Source of the DNA: Alphaproteobacteria bacterium
GTDB lineage: Bacteria > Pseudomonadota > Alphaproteobacteria > UBA2966
Assembly: GCA_964291395.2 (NCBI GenBank)
Contig: OZ219857.1
Location: 64,001-128,000, forward strand
Reading direction: 5' to 3'
DNA: 64,000 nt
The notes under the pieces are model-generated. The model did no database searches. It was not told where the DNA came from and was given only the letters and a program-made list of their open reading frames with translations. Below are positions 1 through 9,319 of the stretch, piece by piece (position 1 is the stretch's first letter; each line of letters opens with the position of its first letter). A program made the translations under genes and the position numbers.

Positions 1-204
1 TTTTCTTCGCACACGACCGCACGGCCGGAGATCCGTCCCTGCTCTGTTCGCGGACTGGACCGGTTGCCGCAACGGAGCGTCACTGCCGGTCATGCGGTGA
101 CGCTCATCCCAATGGCCCGCACCTCGCCATCCAAGGCCGGGCCCGGGGCGGTGACGGCGCCCGTCGCGGTTTCGCGGCATGAACGTCGCCACGCCATCGG
201 CCGG

Positions 205-1110
205 CTAGGGACTCACGACTTGCAGCCCCAGGGTTCGCGCAAGCTTCGGCAACTCGTCGAGTACGAACTCCCGAAATGCGAAGGCAAGCGGGCTCGGCAC
301 GGAATCGCCGTGTCTCAGCAATCCGACCATGCGCCAGACTTCCTCGTCGGCCAGATCGAGGGCCACGACGCCGTCGGGCAGATGGACCACCGCCAACGCC
401 GGAAGCAGCGTCGTTCCGAATCCCGCCTTCGCCAGCGCCAGCAGCGACGTCACGTTCCAGACCTGTATCGAAGCCTTTTCCGCCAGCGCCCTGTAAGGGG
501 ACGTCTCGATCTTCTCCGAAGCGCCGTTCAGGATCAGGTTTTCGCCTTCGAGCTCCGACCAGTGAACGGGCTTGCCAGCAATTGCCAGATCGCTCTCGCC
601 GCTACAGACAACCTTGAAGCGATCCCGAAAAAGCGGCTCGAAGATGACCGGGGCGCTCGACTGCGGCTGTCCGGCAATTCCGAGATCCGCCTGCCCCGTC
701 TCGACGAATATGCGAACGTTCCGGCTATCGATATCCAGGAGCTCGATCTCGATGCCGGGCCTGTCCCGGACGAAGCGGGGCAGCAAGGACGGAACCAGGT
801 TGGTGGCGACGGAAGGGACCGAGGCAAGGGTAAGCCGGCCAATGCGGTTGCCGGCGTAAGCGCGGATTCCGTCGACCGTTCGATCATAGCTCCGGATCTG
901 AAGGCGCGCCGTGTCGAGCGTGAACGCGCCAAGAGCAGTCAATCTGTTCTTGCGGTCGGTTTCGAAGAGCGCGCCGCCGACTTCGTGCTCGAGCTGCTTC
1001 AGGGTCATCGAGACCGCCGAAGCCGTCCGGCAAAGCCGTTCGGCCGCGTCCTTGATATTGCCGGCCTCGGCCACGGCGACGAAGGTCCGCAGCGTTTCCA
1101 GCTTGATCAT
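205..1110 (-). CDS. LysR-family transcriptional regulator
   Basis: 301 aa. N-terminal HTH (LRTFVAVAEAGNIKDAAERLCRTASAVSMTLKQLE) plus a LysR substrate-binding domain. Divergent from the 1308-4746 operon. Confidence 0.95.
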   Translation of the reverse strand: MIKLETLRTFVAVAEAGNIKDAAERLCRTASAVSMTLKQLEHEVGGALFETDRKNRLTALGAFTLDTARLQIRSYDRTVDGIRAYAGNRIGRLTLASVPSVATNLVPSLLPRFVRDRPGIEIELLDIDSRNVRIFVETGQADLGIAGQPQSSAPVIFEPLFRDRFKVVCSGESDLAIAGKPVHWSELEGENLILNGASEKIETSPYRALAEKASIQVWNVTSLLALAKAGFGTTLLPALAVVHLPDGVVALDLADEEVWRMVGLLRHGDSVPSPLAFAFREFVLDELPKLARTLGLQVVSP

Positions 1111-1120
1111 GGCCCATGTA

Positions 1121-1166
1121 TTTCAAGTAATATGAAAACGGCAACAGAAAATTCGATTTGATTGAA
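1121..1166. promoter_or_regulatory. Putative LysR binding sites (T-N11-A boxes)
   Basis: TTTCA-agtaata-TGAAA at 1121-1137 is a perfect dyad with T-N11-A. A weaker TTCG-N7-TGAA lies at 1152-1166. Both are in the AT-rich divergent promoter region. Confidence 0.6.
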
Positions 1167-1307
1167 GTTTCCGAATGCCCGATGGTCGTTCGCCGGGCCG
1201 GAGAGTTCCGCTTCGCGGGCAGGCCGGCGAACGTCTTCATCGACGCCGACGACGATCGCGGCCCAGGCAGCCTGCGGGGCCTCTCTCCAGGAAGACCGAC
1301 ATAGATC

Positions 1308-2297
1308 ATGCAGAAAATCGCCGTTATCGACGGTCTCCAGTACGCCAACTGGTCGGAAACGATATTTCGGCAGATGCGCGACGGCGATGTCGCCGCCGTC
1401 CATGTGACGATCTGCTATCACGAGAATTTCCGCGAAACCGTAAAGAACATTGCCGCCTGGAACCGGCGTTTCGAACAATTTCGCGACTTGATATTTCCGC
1501 TTCACTCGGCGGTCGATGTCGAGAAGGCGATGAAGGAGAAGCGCACGGCCATCGTGTTCGGCTGCCAGAACTGCTCTCCCATCGAGAACGACATCGACCT
1601 CGTGCATATGTGCAGGCAGCTCGGCATCCGTTTCATGCAGCTCTCCTATAACAACCAGAGCCTGCTAGCCAGCGGATGCTACGAGGCGGAAGACACGGGC
1701 ATCACGCGGATGGGCCGGCAGGTCATTCGGGAAATGAACCGGGTCGGCATGGCGGTCGACATGAGCCATTCGGGCGAGAAATCGACCCTGCAGGCCATCG
1801 AACTCTCGCAGCGGCCGATCGCGATCACGCACGCCAATCCGGCGAAATGGCACCCCGCGCCGCGCAACAAGTCCGACACGGTGCTGAAGGCGCTGGCCGA
1901 GAGCGGCGGGATGCTCGGCGTGTCGCTCTATCCGCATCACCTGAAGAACGGCTCGGCCTGCTCCCTGTCGAGCTTCTGCGGGATGATCGCCGAGACGGTC
2001 GAGCTCATGGGGATCGACCACGTAGGCTTCGGCAGCGATCTTTGTCAGGACCAGCCGGACAGCGTGGTCGCCTGGATGCGCAACGGCAGCTGGACGCGCG
2101 ACGTCGATCATGGCGAGGGCGCGCCCGGCTCGGAGGGATTCCCGGAGCAACCGGGCTGGTTCAGGGACAACCGGCACTTCGGAGCCATTCTCGGCGGGCT
2201 CGAGCAGACCGGCTTTTCCCGCGAGGAGCTGGAGAAGATCGCTCACGGCAACTGGCTGCGATTCTTCGTCGACTCCTTCGACGCCCGGGAATCGTGA
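1308..2297 (+). CDS. Membrane dipeptidase (M19)/amidohydrolase-fold protein, PA5396-like subgroup
   Basis: 329 aa. Motifs QLSYNNQ, GRQVIREMNRVGMAVDMSH, THAN, RNKSD and GIDHVGFGSD. The canonical HxD and Glu ligands are replaced (DGLQ, GCQN). Confidence 0.88.
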   Translation: MQKIAVIDGLQYANWSETIFRQMRDGDVAAVHVTICYHENFRETVKNIAAWNRRFEQFRDLIFPLHSAVDVEKAMKEKRTAIVFGCQNCSPIENDIDLVHMCRQLGIRFMQLSYNNQSLLASGCYEAEDTGITRMGRQVIREMNRVGMAVDMSHSGEKSTLQAIELSQRPIAITHANPAKWHPAPRNKSDTVLKALAESGGMLGVSLYPHHLKNGSACSLSSFCGMIAETVELMGIDHVGFGSDLCQDQPDSVVAWMRNGSWTRDVDHGEGAPGSEGFPEQPGWFRDNRHFGAILGGLEQTGFSREELEKIAHGNWLRFFVDSFDARES

Positions 2298-4006
2298 TGG
2301 GGTGCCCGGACGAGCACCGGGCGACCGCTCCGCTGCGTGCCCCCGAGCACGTCATGCGGCTCGAACGCATGGGCGCGTCGTTCCAGACGCGCCTGAGCTT
2401 CATGCGGCAGCTGATCCGCCGCATGCGGAGCGAGCGATGGCGGCTCGAGCGGCTGCGCTTCGACCTCGATGCGGCGGGACGCGGCGTCGCGGTCTACGCC
2501 GCCCACGGCCCGCAGCGCACGTACTCGCTCATCGCCTACACGCACGAAATCGCACCGGAGCAGCGCACCGACCGCGTGATCGCGGAGGCCTGGGACGCCA
2601 CGTTCTCGTTCTTCGACGGCGTGCCGGACGATGCGGATATCGAACGGCTGCGCGCCAATACGCCGAGGCAGGAGGACGGCCGCTTCAGATCGAGCGAGCT
2701 CACGCTGGCGCGGGCCAACAAGAGCATGCGCCTGTTCGAGCACGTCGTCGAAAGCCTCGCCGCCGGCCGACAGCCCGACGCGGCCCGCCTGGCCGACGTC
2801 GGCTACCTGATGCGCACCACGGCGGTCTACGGAAGCGGCAAGTTCGGCTGCGCCGACCGCGCGAAGATCGCGGACCGGCCGGAGATGCGCGGGCCCTTTC
2901 AGGCCGAGATGCTCACCGTCTACCTGATCCGCTGGCTGAGCATCGATCTGGTCAACCACGTTGCGCGCGGCCGGGGCGGCGCGCGGGCCGTCGATCTGGA
3001 CGCGAACTATGCGCGCTATCTGGGCATCGGCAACGCCACCGGGCTGGGAATGGCTCCCTTCCTCATCAAGCACCCCATCCTCATCAACAATTGGGTCTTG
3101 GCACGGGAGACGGCGCTGGCGCGCGTGCGGGCCCTTCCGTCCGCGACCGCCGGGCAGATTGCCGGCTTCATGGCCCTTCTGGGCCGCGCTCGCCGCTTCG
3201 TGGGCGAGTGGAACGTCGATGACGAAGCACAGATGAAGCGCATTCACAGGCTGCGTCTCGAGCTCGGCGCATTGGAGAGCTGGTGCCGGGCCGGGCTTCA
3301 CCGCCCCCGTCCGTGGGATGCGATGCATCTCCACGCCGAGCAGGCTTTCTCCGCCGAGGGCCAGGAGTTCACCGCGTCGCTGCTGCTCGAGCAGCACGGC
3401 CCGGTCGTGGACGCGCTCGGCGACGAGATGAGCGCCCCGGAGCCGCTCAGGCTGAGGCCCGACATGCCGCTGGGAGAACTTCGCCGCATCATCGATACGC
3501 ACTATGGCTGGGCGTTGACCACCGACTATTCGCGGCCCGAGGCCGTTCAGCGGTTCTGGTACTACTCCCAGGAGAAGCTCGAGCCCCGGGTCGGGGACCG
3601 TCACAGCGAACCCGGCGCCGATCTCGAGATGCCCATCGCGATCGCCCGGGAAGTGAGCGGGCTCAGGCACCGGCTTCTGAAGCGCGACGCCTCGCTCAAG
3701 GTTGCCGATTTTCTGGTAGAGGCACCGGAGTACCGCAGCATCGTGTGGCGGGTGCAGATAGCCCCGAATTGTCCCTATGGCGAGATCCGCGACAATCTGC
3801 TCGGCGCCGGCCAGCGCCCGGTCGATATCCTGCGCTTCAAGCTCGCCTTCTTCGGCGTCTCCAAATTCGATCCGAAGTCCGACCTGTGGACTCGGGTCAA
3901 CATGTATCAGGGCGCGCCGCTGCCGCATGAAATCGCCGACCGGCGGGAGACGGAGTGGGTGTTTCCGACCAGACCCGGGAGGCTGTCGTCCGGGGCGACG
4001 CCGTGA
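2297..4006 (+). CDS. Conserved hypothetical protein (about 569 aa)
   Basis: The ATG at 2297 overlaps the dipeptidase stop (TGATG) and is in frame with the 1676-4006 ORF. Strong GC3 codon bias. Motif-like blocks RTDRVIAEAWD, YLMRTTAVYGSGKFG, LGIGNATGLGMAPFL and FWYYSQEKLEPR. Confidence 0.85.
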   Translation: MGCPDEHRATAPLRAPEHVMRLERMGASFQTRLSFMRQLIRRMRSERWRLERLRFDLDAAGRGVAVYAAHGPQRTYSLIAYTHEIAPEQRTDRVIAEAWDATFSFFDGVPDDADIERLRANTPRQEDGRFRSSELTLARANKSMRLFEHVVESLAAGRQPDAARLADVGYLMRTTAVYGSGKFGCADRAKIADRPEMRGPFQAEMLTVYLIRWLSIDLVNHVARGRGGARAVDLDANYARYLGIGNATGLGMAPFLIKHPILINNWVLARETALARVRALPSATAGQIAGFMALLGRARRFVGEWNVDDEAQMKRIHRLRLELGALESWCRAGLHRPRPWDAMHLHAEQAFSAEGQEFTASLLLEQHGPVVDALGDEMSAPEPLRLRPDMPLGELRRIIDTHYGWALTTDYSRPEAVQRFWYYSQEKLEPRVGDRHSEPGADLEMPIAIAREVSGLRHRLLKRDASLKVADFLVEAPEYRSIVWRVQIAPNCPYGEIRDNLLGAGQRPVDILRFKLAFFGVSKFDPKSDLWTRVNMYQGAPLPHEIADRRETEWVFPTRPGRLSSGATP

Positions 4007-4746
4007 GCGATCCGACGACGCCCCTTTCGCTGAACGAAATCGACTTCTACTTCACGCGCGCGGCAGTGGGGGCGGGTGCGCCGTTCGGGATCGGCGAGGA
4101 CTTTGCCGAGGCGTCCAGGTATCTGGCCTATCTGGGCCTCGATCCGGCCCGGGCCGCCCTGCCGGCTCTGCATGGACTCGGCCGCGGCCAGAGCGGCACG
4201 TCGCTCACGCTGCGCACCGCGGGGGATGCCATTCATGTCGGGAGCGGCGACGGTCTCGTCCTGTCCGCGCTCTACGCCGGACCGGTGATCGCCGACCGGC
4301 TGTCGATCGAATCGGGACGTGGCATGGAGCGGCGCCTGCGGCTCGACGACACCGACCAGCCGCTGCTGGTCCTGGGTGCGGTCGCCGCGGCGAGCATCGA
4401 CGCAGCCCGGATCGCTCTCTCCTGGCCTTTGCGGAACGGCGGGCGCGCGGCGGTCGAGCTGAGCGGCGGCATCGCGACCATCGCCGGTTCCCATGCCGGA
4501 GACACCGCTTCGCCCGGGCCTTCCCCGATCGACATCGTCCTGAACGGCGCCGCTTCGGAGATAGCGCCGGAGCGCGTTGCGACCAGGAGTCTCGCGGACG
4601 GCAGGTCCAGGGCTGTCCGCCACGGCGTGGACGTGGACGACGCGGCCAGAGCGACGGTGCTGGCGTTCTTCGACAAGTGCCTCGTGCCCACCACCGATCG
4701 GTCGCGCGATGCGGGGGCGGGGGCCGGACTCACGGACAACGACTGA
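4003..4746 (+). CDS. DUF3726-like protein
   Basis: The GTG at 4003 overlaps the upstream stop (GTGA). The N-terminal SLNEI...RAAVGAG..G.GED and C-terminal SR.AGAGAGLTDND are as I recall for DUF3726. Confidence 0.75.
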   Translation: MSDPTTPLSLNEIDFYFTRAAVGAGAPFGIGEDFAEASRYLAYLGLDPARAALPALHGLGRGQSGTSLTLRTAGDAIHVGSGDGLVLSALYAGPVIADRLSIESGRGMERRLRLDDTDQPLLVLGAVAAASIDAARIALSWPLRNGGRAAVELSGGIATIAGSHAGDTASPGPSPIDIVLNGAASEIAPERVATRSLADGRSRAVRHGVDVDDAARATVLAFFDKCLVPTTDRSRDAGAGAGLTDND

Positions 4747-4835
4747 GCGGCCATGGCCCGACCCGGTCGAGTAACCGGCAATGCACCGACATTCGACCTG
4801 GACCAGTCGACGGGGCGGGCCACCAGATCGGTGGG

Positions 4836-4923
4836 TGGCGGAGGGGGTGGGATTCGAACCCACGGTACGCAAGCGTACACGCGCTCTCCAAGCGCGCGCC
4901 TTCGACCACTCGGCCACCCCTCC
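4836..4923 (-). tRNA. tRNA-Ser(GGA)
   Basis: GGAGGGGTGGCCGAGTGGTCGAAGGCG-CGCGC-TTGGAGA-GCGCG, then a long variable arm, then GTGGGTTCGAATCCCACCCCCTCCGCCA. Anticodon at 4887-4889; CCA is encoded. Confidence 0.95.
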
Positions 4924-5087
4924 TCGAGAGCGTGCGGCACGTTATGACCGCTCCCGCCATTTTGCAACGCTGGTCGCAGGGCCGGCAGCGGAGCGAGGAA
5001 GAGCACCCCATTCACGAGGTCGAACCACCAATTCCAACCAAATGGAATTTGCACTAGTGTTTCCAGAGGAGAACGGGAGAGCATTCA

Positions 5088-6044
5088 TTGTCGGTCCTGA
5101 TAACGGGCGGTACCGGCTTCATCGGCAGCCGTGTTGCGCGAGTTCTGTTGTCGAAAGACCGGTCGGTCGTCTGCCTGGACCATGCGCCGAACGCGCAGCG
5201 GTTCGCGGACCTCGACAACGAGTCGCGTCCGGCCGTCGTCCAGGGCGACACCGCGCACATGGATGACCTCGTTGCCGCGATCCGGGAGCACGGTATCCGT
5301 CGCATCATCCACCTCGCGGCGCTGCTGCCCCCGATAACCGAGGACGAACCGCGGCTCGCCATGCGGATCAACGTGATGGGCGCAACGAACGTCTTCGAGG
5401 CCGCCGCGAGACTGGGCGTCGAGCGCGTCGTCTACGCCAGTTCCGTGGCCGTGTTCGACGACCAGGAATACTATGGCGATCGCCCCGTCAACGAGGACGA
5501 CGAAGTCCACCCCTGCATCATTTATGGTCACACCAAGGTGATGAACGAGGTCGTCGCACGGCGTTACACGGAACGCTTCGGCCTCGACACGCGGGCGCTA
5601 CGGCCGGCCTCCGTCTTCGGATACGGCAGAACGACGGGGCGAAGCGCGGAGGTGTCGCGGATCATCCGCGGCGCCGCAATCGACGGCAAGTTCACGTCGA
5701 CGCAATCCCCGAAGCAAACGTCTTCGCTCATTCACGTCGACGATATCGTCGAGATGTTCGCGCGCCTGTGCCTGGCGGACGGCCTGGAACGGGGTACCTA
5801 CGTGTCGGGCGGGACGACCGCCAGCCTGGAGGAGATCGCGGCGATGGTCGTCAAGCACCTTCCGGACGCGGAGATCTCATTCCCCGACGGCGTCGACCTC
5901 TATCCGAACCTGCAGAAGTCGGACGGCAGCCGCCTCGCGCGCGACATCAAGTATCAATTCCCCGATATCGAATCGCGAATCGCGGAGACCATCGACGAAG
6001 CCCGTCTCGACAACGGCATGACTCCGCTGAGCCGGTCATCATGA
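5088..6044 (+). CDS. NAD-dependent epimerase/dehydratase (extended SDR)
   Basis: TGGTGFIG Rossmann motif, HLAA, and YGHTK (YxxxK). TTG start with an upstream GGGAG. Confidence 0.9.
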   Translation: MSVLITGGTGFIGSRVARVLLSKDRSVVCLDHAPNAQRFADLDNESRPAVVQGDTAHMDDLVAAIREHGIRRIIHLAALLPPITEDEPRLAMRINVMGATNVFEAAARLGVERVVYASSVAVFDDQEYYGDRPVNEDDEVHPCIIYGHTKVMNEVVARRYTERFGLDTRALRPASVFGYGRTTGRSAEVSRIIRGAAIDGKFTSTQSPKQTSSLIHVDDIVEMFARLCLADGLERGTYVSGGTTASLEEIAAMVVKHLPDAEISFPDGVDLYPNLQKSDGSRLARDIKYQFPDIESRIAETIDEARLDNGMTPLSRSS

Positions 6045-6355
6045 TCATCGGACGCATCCTGGGTTGGCTCATCATCGCTGTCGCGCTCATGGTGGCGGGA
6101 GCCGAGATCCTCGCCTCGCTCGAGGCCGGCGCCTATCAGGGGCTGGCCATCGGTTATCTCTGGTTCAAGATCGACGCGGCCAGTCTCAATCTCTCCCAAG
6201 CCGTGATTCAGCGCTACCTCCACCCGTTCCTCTGGGACCCCATGATCGTGACGGTCCTCCAGTGGCCGGCCTGGATCATCTTCGGCGTCCTCGGACCGGT
6301 GCTTACCTTCCTCTTCCGCAAACGCAGCCGCCGAGCTCCGACCGAGTCCCTCTAG
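6041..6355 (+). CDS. Small membrane protein, hypothetical
   Basis: ATGA overlap with the epimerase stop. 104 aa with two hydrophobic segments and SLNLSQAVIQRYLHPFLWDP. Confidence 0.75.
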   Translation: MIIGRILGWLIIAVALMVAGAEILASLEAGAYQGLAIGYLWFKIDAASLNLSQAVIQRYLHPFLWDPMIVTVLQWPAWIIFGVLGPVLTFLFRKRSRRAPTESL

Positions 6356-6356
6356 G

Positions 6357-6890
6357 CTACTCGCCCCCGGCGTATCCCGGGTATTCCACGGCATCCACGT
6401 CCAGCCCCAGGGCCCGCACCTCCTCAACGACCCGCGACGACCACTGGATCGTGGCGCCACGGTGGGCGCCTTGGACAGCGATCAGATAGGCCTGGGAATC
6501 CGAGACATTGGTGACGCCGTGCATGATGTTGGGCGGCACCGCGATCATGTCGAAGGGTTCGAGCTCGATTTCCCGATCCCCCGCCTCACCGAAGTTGACG
6601 CTCCAGCGCCCGGTCAAAACGACGAACGCCTCATCCGAGTCATGGGCATGCGCACCGATGCCACAGCCCGCCTCGCACGAGACGAAGTTGATATTGAACG
6701 CCTCGACCTCGCCCACTCGCTTGTCCGACCAGCTCTGCTCCGCAGACCGTCCCGTCACCGGATACCGTTTTCGCTCAAACTGCGGCAACGCCATGTCGAG
6801 GAGCCGGACCGGAGAAACCCGATTGGGCAGATCCTTGTACCGGATCACGTACTTTTCGATCTCTTCACGTGGCAATTCGGCAGAGGTCAT
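6357..6890 (-). CDS. Cupin-domain protein
   Basis: Cupin motifs HAHDSDEAF and [17 protein letters not shown] at 6890 with a purine-rich RBS. Confidence 0.85.
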   Translation of the reverse strand: MTSAELPREEIEKYVIRYKDLPNRVSPVRLLDMALPQFERKRYPVTGRSAEQSWSDKRVGEVEAFNINFVSCEAGCGIGAHAHDSDEAFVVLTGRWSVNFGEAGDREIELEPFDMIAVPPNIMHGVTNVSDSQAYLIAVQGAHRGATIQWSSRVVEEVRALGLDVDAVEYPGYAGGE

Positions 6891-6975
6891 TCCATCCCTT
6901 CCCGTTCGAACGTTTCCGCCACGGCACCGCGCATGCGCCTTGGCACCTGGAGTCGCCGATGATACAAGCGCGCCG

Positions 6976-8778
6976 ATGACCGATCCCGCGCATATCCGCA
7001 ATTTTGCCATCATCGCACATATCGATCACGGCAAGTCCACCCTGGCGGATCGCATGATACAGCACTGCGGCGGACTTACGGATCGGGAGATGCGCGAACA
7101 GGTGCTCGATTCGATGGACATCGAGCGCGAACGCGGCATCACCATCAAGGCGCAGACGGTTCGTCTCACCTACGCCGCCAAGGACGGCCAACGGTACCAG
7201 CTCAATCTCATGGACACGCCCGGCCACGTGGATTTCACATACGAGGTCAGCCGAAGCCTCGCGGCCTGCGAAGGATCCATCCTTCTCGTCGATTCCAGCC
7301 AAGGGGTTGAAGCGCAGACCCTGGCCAACGTCTATCAGGCCCTCGACGCAGACCACGAGATCGTCATCGCGCTGAACAAGACCGATCTGCCGGCGGCGGA
7401 GCCGGCACGCGTCGCCCAACAGATCGAGGACGTCATCGGGCTCGACTCCTCGGATGCCCTGCTGGTGTCGGGCAAGACCGGTGACGGCGTCGCGGAGTTG
7501 CTCGAAACCATCGTAGAGCAGTCGCCGCCGCCGGAAGGTGACGCGGACGCCCCCCTCAAGGCCCTGCTCGTCGACTCCTGGTACGATTCGTATCTCGGGG
7601 TCGTCATCCTGGTGCGGATCAACGACGGATCCCTCACCAAGGGCCAGCGCGTGCGGATGATGGCCACGGGCACCGAGCACACGGTGGAGCAGGTCGGAGT
7701 GTTCACACCCAAACGCACGGAGGTCGGCCAGCTGGGACCTGGAGAGATCGGATTCATCACCGCGGGTATCAAGGAGGTCGCCGACACGCACGTCGGCGAT
7801 ACCATCACCGACATCAGGCGCCCGACGTCGCAGCCCCTGCCCGGATTCAAGCCGAGCATGCCGGTCGTGTTTTCCGGCCTCTTTCCGGTCGATACGGCCG
7901 ACTACGAACGCCTTCGGGAAAGTCTCGCGAAGCTCCGCCTGAACGACGCGAGCTTCGCGTTCGAGCCCGAGACGTCGGCGGCACTGGGATTCGGTTTCCG
8001 CTGCGGATTCCTGGGCTTGCTACACCTGGAGATCATCCAGGAACGGCTCGAACGTGAATTCGGCCTGGAACTCATCACGACGGCACCGTCGGTGGTCTAT
8101 AACGTCCACCTGACCGACGGCGGAACGCTCGAGCTCCACAACCCCGCCGATCTGCCCGACCCGGTTCATATCGACCGAATCGAGGAACCCTGGATCAGCG
8201 CCACGATCATGGTGCCGGACGAGTACCTTGGCGGCGTGCTCAAGCTTTGCGAGGACCGGCGGGGCGAACAAACGGATCTGACCTATTCGGGGACGCGCGC
8301 GGTCGTCGTCTACCGATTGCCCCTGAACGAGGTCGTGTTCGACTTCTATGACCGGCTCAAGTCGGTCAGCCGTGGGTACGCGAGTTTCGACTATCAGATC
8401 GCCGGCCGTCTCGAAGGAGACCTGGTCAAGATGTCCGTCCTGGTCAACGGAGAGCCGGTCGACGCGCTCTCCATCATCGCGCACCGATCCAACGTCGAAT
8501 CTCGCGGCCGGACGATGTGCGAAAAGCTCAAGGAACTCATTCCGCGCCAGCTCTTCAAGGTCCCCATCCAGGCAGCCATCGGCGGCAAGGTGATCGCTCG
8601 GGAGACGATCTCGGCCCTCCGCAAGGACGTCTTGTCGAAGTGCTATGGCGGCGACGTCACCCGGAAGCGCAAGCTCCTGGAAAAGCAGAAGGCCGGCAAG
8701 AAACGCATGCGCCAGTTCGGACAGGTCGAGATTCCTCAGGAAGCCTTCATCGAGGTCCTGCGTACCGACGCCGGTTAG
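6976..8778 (+). CDS. lepA: Elongation factor 4 (LepA)
   Basis: [28 protein letters not shown], and C-terminal [24 protein letters not shown]. Confidence 0.98.
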   Translation: MTDPAHIRNFAIIAHIDHGKSTLADRMIQHCGGLTDREMREQVLDSMDIERERGITIKAQTVRLTYAAKDGQRYQLNLMDTPGHVDFTYEVSRSLAACEGSILLVDSSQGVEAQTLANVYQALDADHEIVIALNKTDLPAAEPARVAQQIEDVIGLDSSDALLVSGKTGDGVAELLETIVEQSPPPEGDADAPLKALLVDSWYDSYLGVVILVRINDGSLTKGQRVRMMATGTEHTVEQVGVFTPKRTEVGQLGPGEIGFITAGIKEVADTHVGDTITDIRRPTSQPLPGFKPSMPVVFSGLFPVDTADYERLRESLAKLRLNDASFAFEPETSAALGFGFRCGFLGLLHLEIIQERLEREFGLELITTAPSVVYNVHLTDGGTLELHNPADLPDPVHIDRIEEPWISATIMVPDEYLGGVLKLCEDRRGEQTDLTYSGTRAVVVYRLPLNEVVFDFYDRLKSVSRGYASFDYQIAGRLEGDLVKMSVLVNGEPVDALSIIAHRSNVESRGRTMCEKLKELIPRQLFKVPIQAAIGGKVIARETISALRKDVLSKCYGGDVTRKRKLLEKQKAGKKRMRQFGQVEIPQEAFIEVLRTDAG

Positions 8779-8837
8779 TCTCCAACTCCCCCAGCCGTTG
8801 AAGCTTCAACCTCGGTACAGACGCGGCCAAGCCCCGC

Positions 8838-9311
8838 TCAAGCGTCGGGGAGCAACCGCTCGAGCGTGAAGCGCAGGTCCTCCCGGCCCGGGATCTTGCA
8901 GACGGCGCTCGCCCTCGCCAGGGCGGTATCTCCCGTGCTCAGGATGCAAGACCCGAAGGCGAGATTGCGTGTGATGCGGATGACTTCGGTCTCTCCTTCC
9001 ACCCAATCCCCGACACGGCCGGGCGCGACGAAGTCCACGGAAAGATTGACGGTGGGCAGGAATGCCTGGATGTCGGATTGCACCACCATCGCGACCGCAA
9101 TCTGCAGGTCGGCGAGGGTCGCCAGCATGCCCCCGTGGCAGATTCCGGCGGCGTTGCAGTGACGGTCCTCCAGACGGATCCCGATTCGAAGCTTGCCTTC
9201 ACTGAATCTCGCCAGAAGCGGACCGTTGATGTCCACGAAACGACCCGGCAAATGAAGCCGGGTAAACCCCTCGGGCCTCCCCGAATTTGCCGTATCCGCC
9301 CCTGACGTCAC
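8838..9311 (-). CDS. PaaI-family hotdog thioesterase
   Basis: Motif HCNAAGICHGGMLATLAD and TVNLSVDF. Confidence 0.88.
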   Translation of the reverse strand: MTSGADTANSGRPEGFTRLHLPGRFVDINGPLLARFSEGKLRIGIRLEDRHCNAAGICHGGMLATLADLQIAVAMVVQSDIQAFLPTVNLSVDFVAPGRVGDWVEGETEVIRITRNLAFGSCILSTGDTALARASAVCKIPGREDLRFTLERLLPDA

Positions 9312-9319
9312 GATCCCGA

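Noticed and set aside
75-105. Inverted repeat GAGCGTCAC...GTGACGCTC downstream of the LysR gene
   Set aside because: It is a single hairpin with no U-tract and no second copy seen, so I cannot assign a function.
1676-2296. N-terminal 207 codons of the 776-aa ORF
   Set aside because: This is an out-of-frame overlap with the dipeptidase, giving Arg/Gly-rich shadow sequence. The coupled ATG at 2297 is the credible start.
2243-3928. Long antisense ORFs (561 aa here; also 9287-10837, 14656-16440, 16874-18487, 41697-43067, 61043-62311)
   Set aside because: These are typical stop-poor shadows of high-GC3 genes on the opposite strand and have no recognisable motifs.
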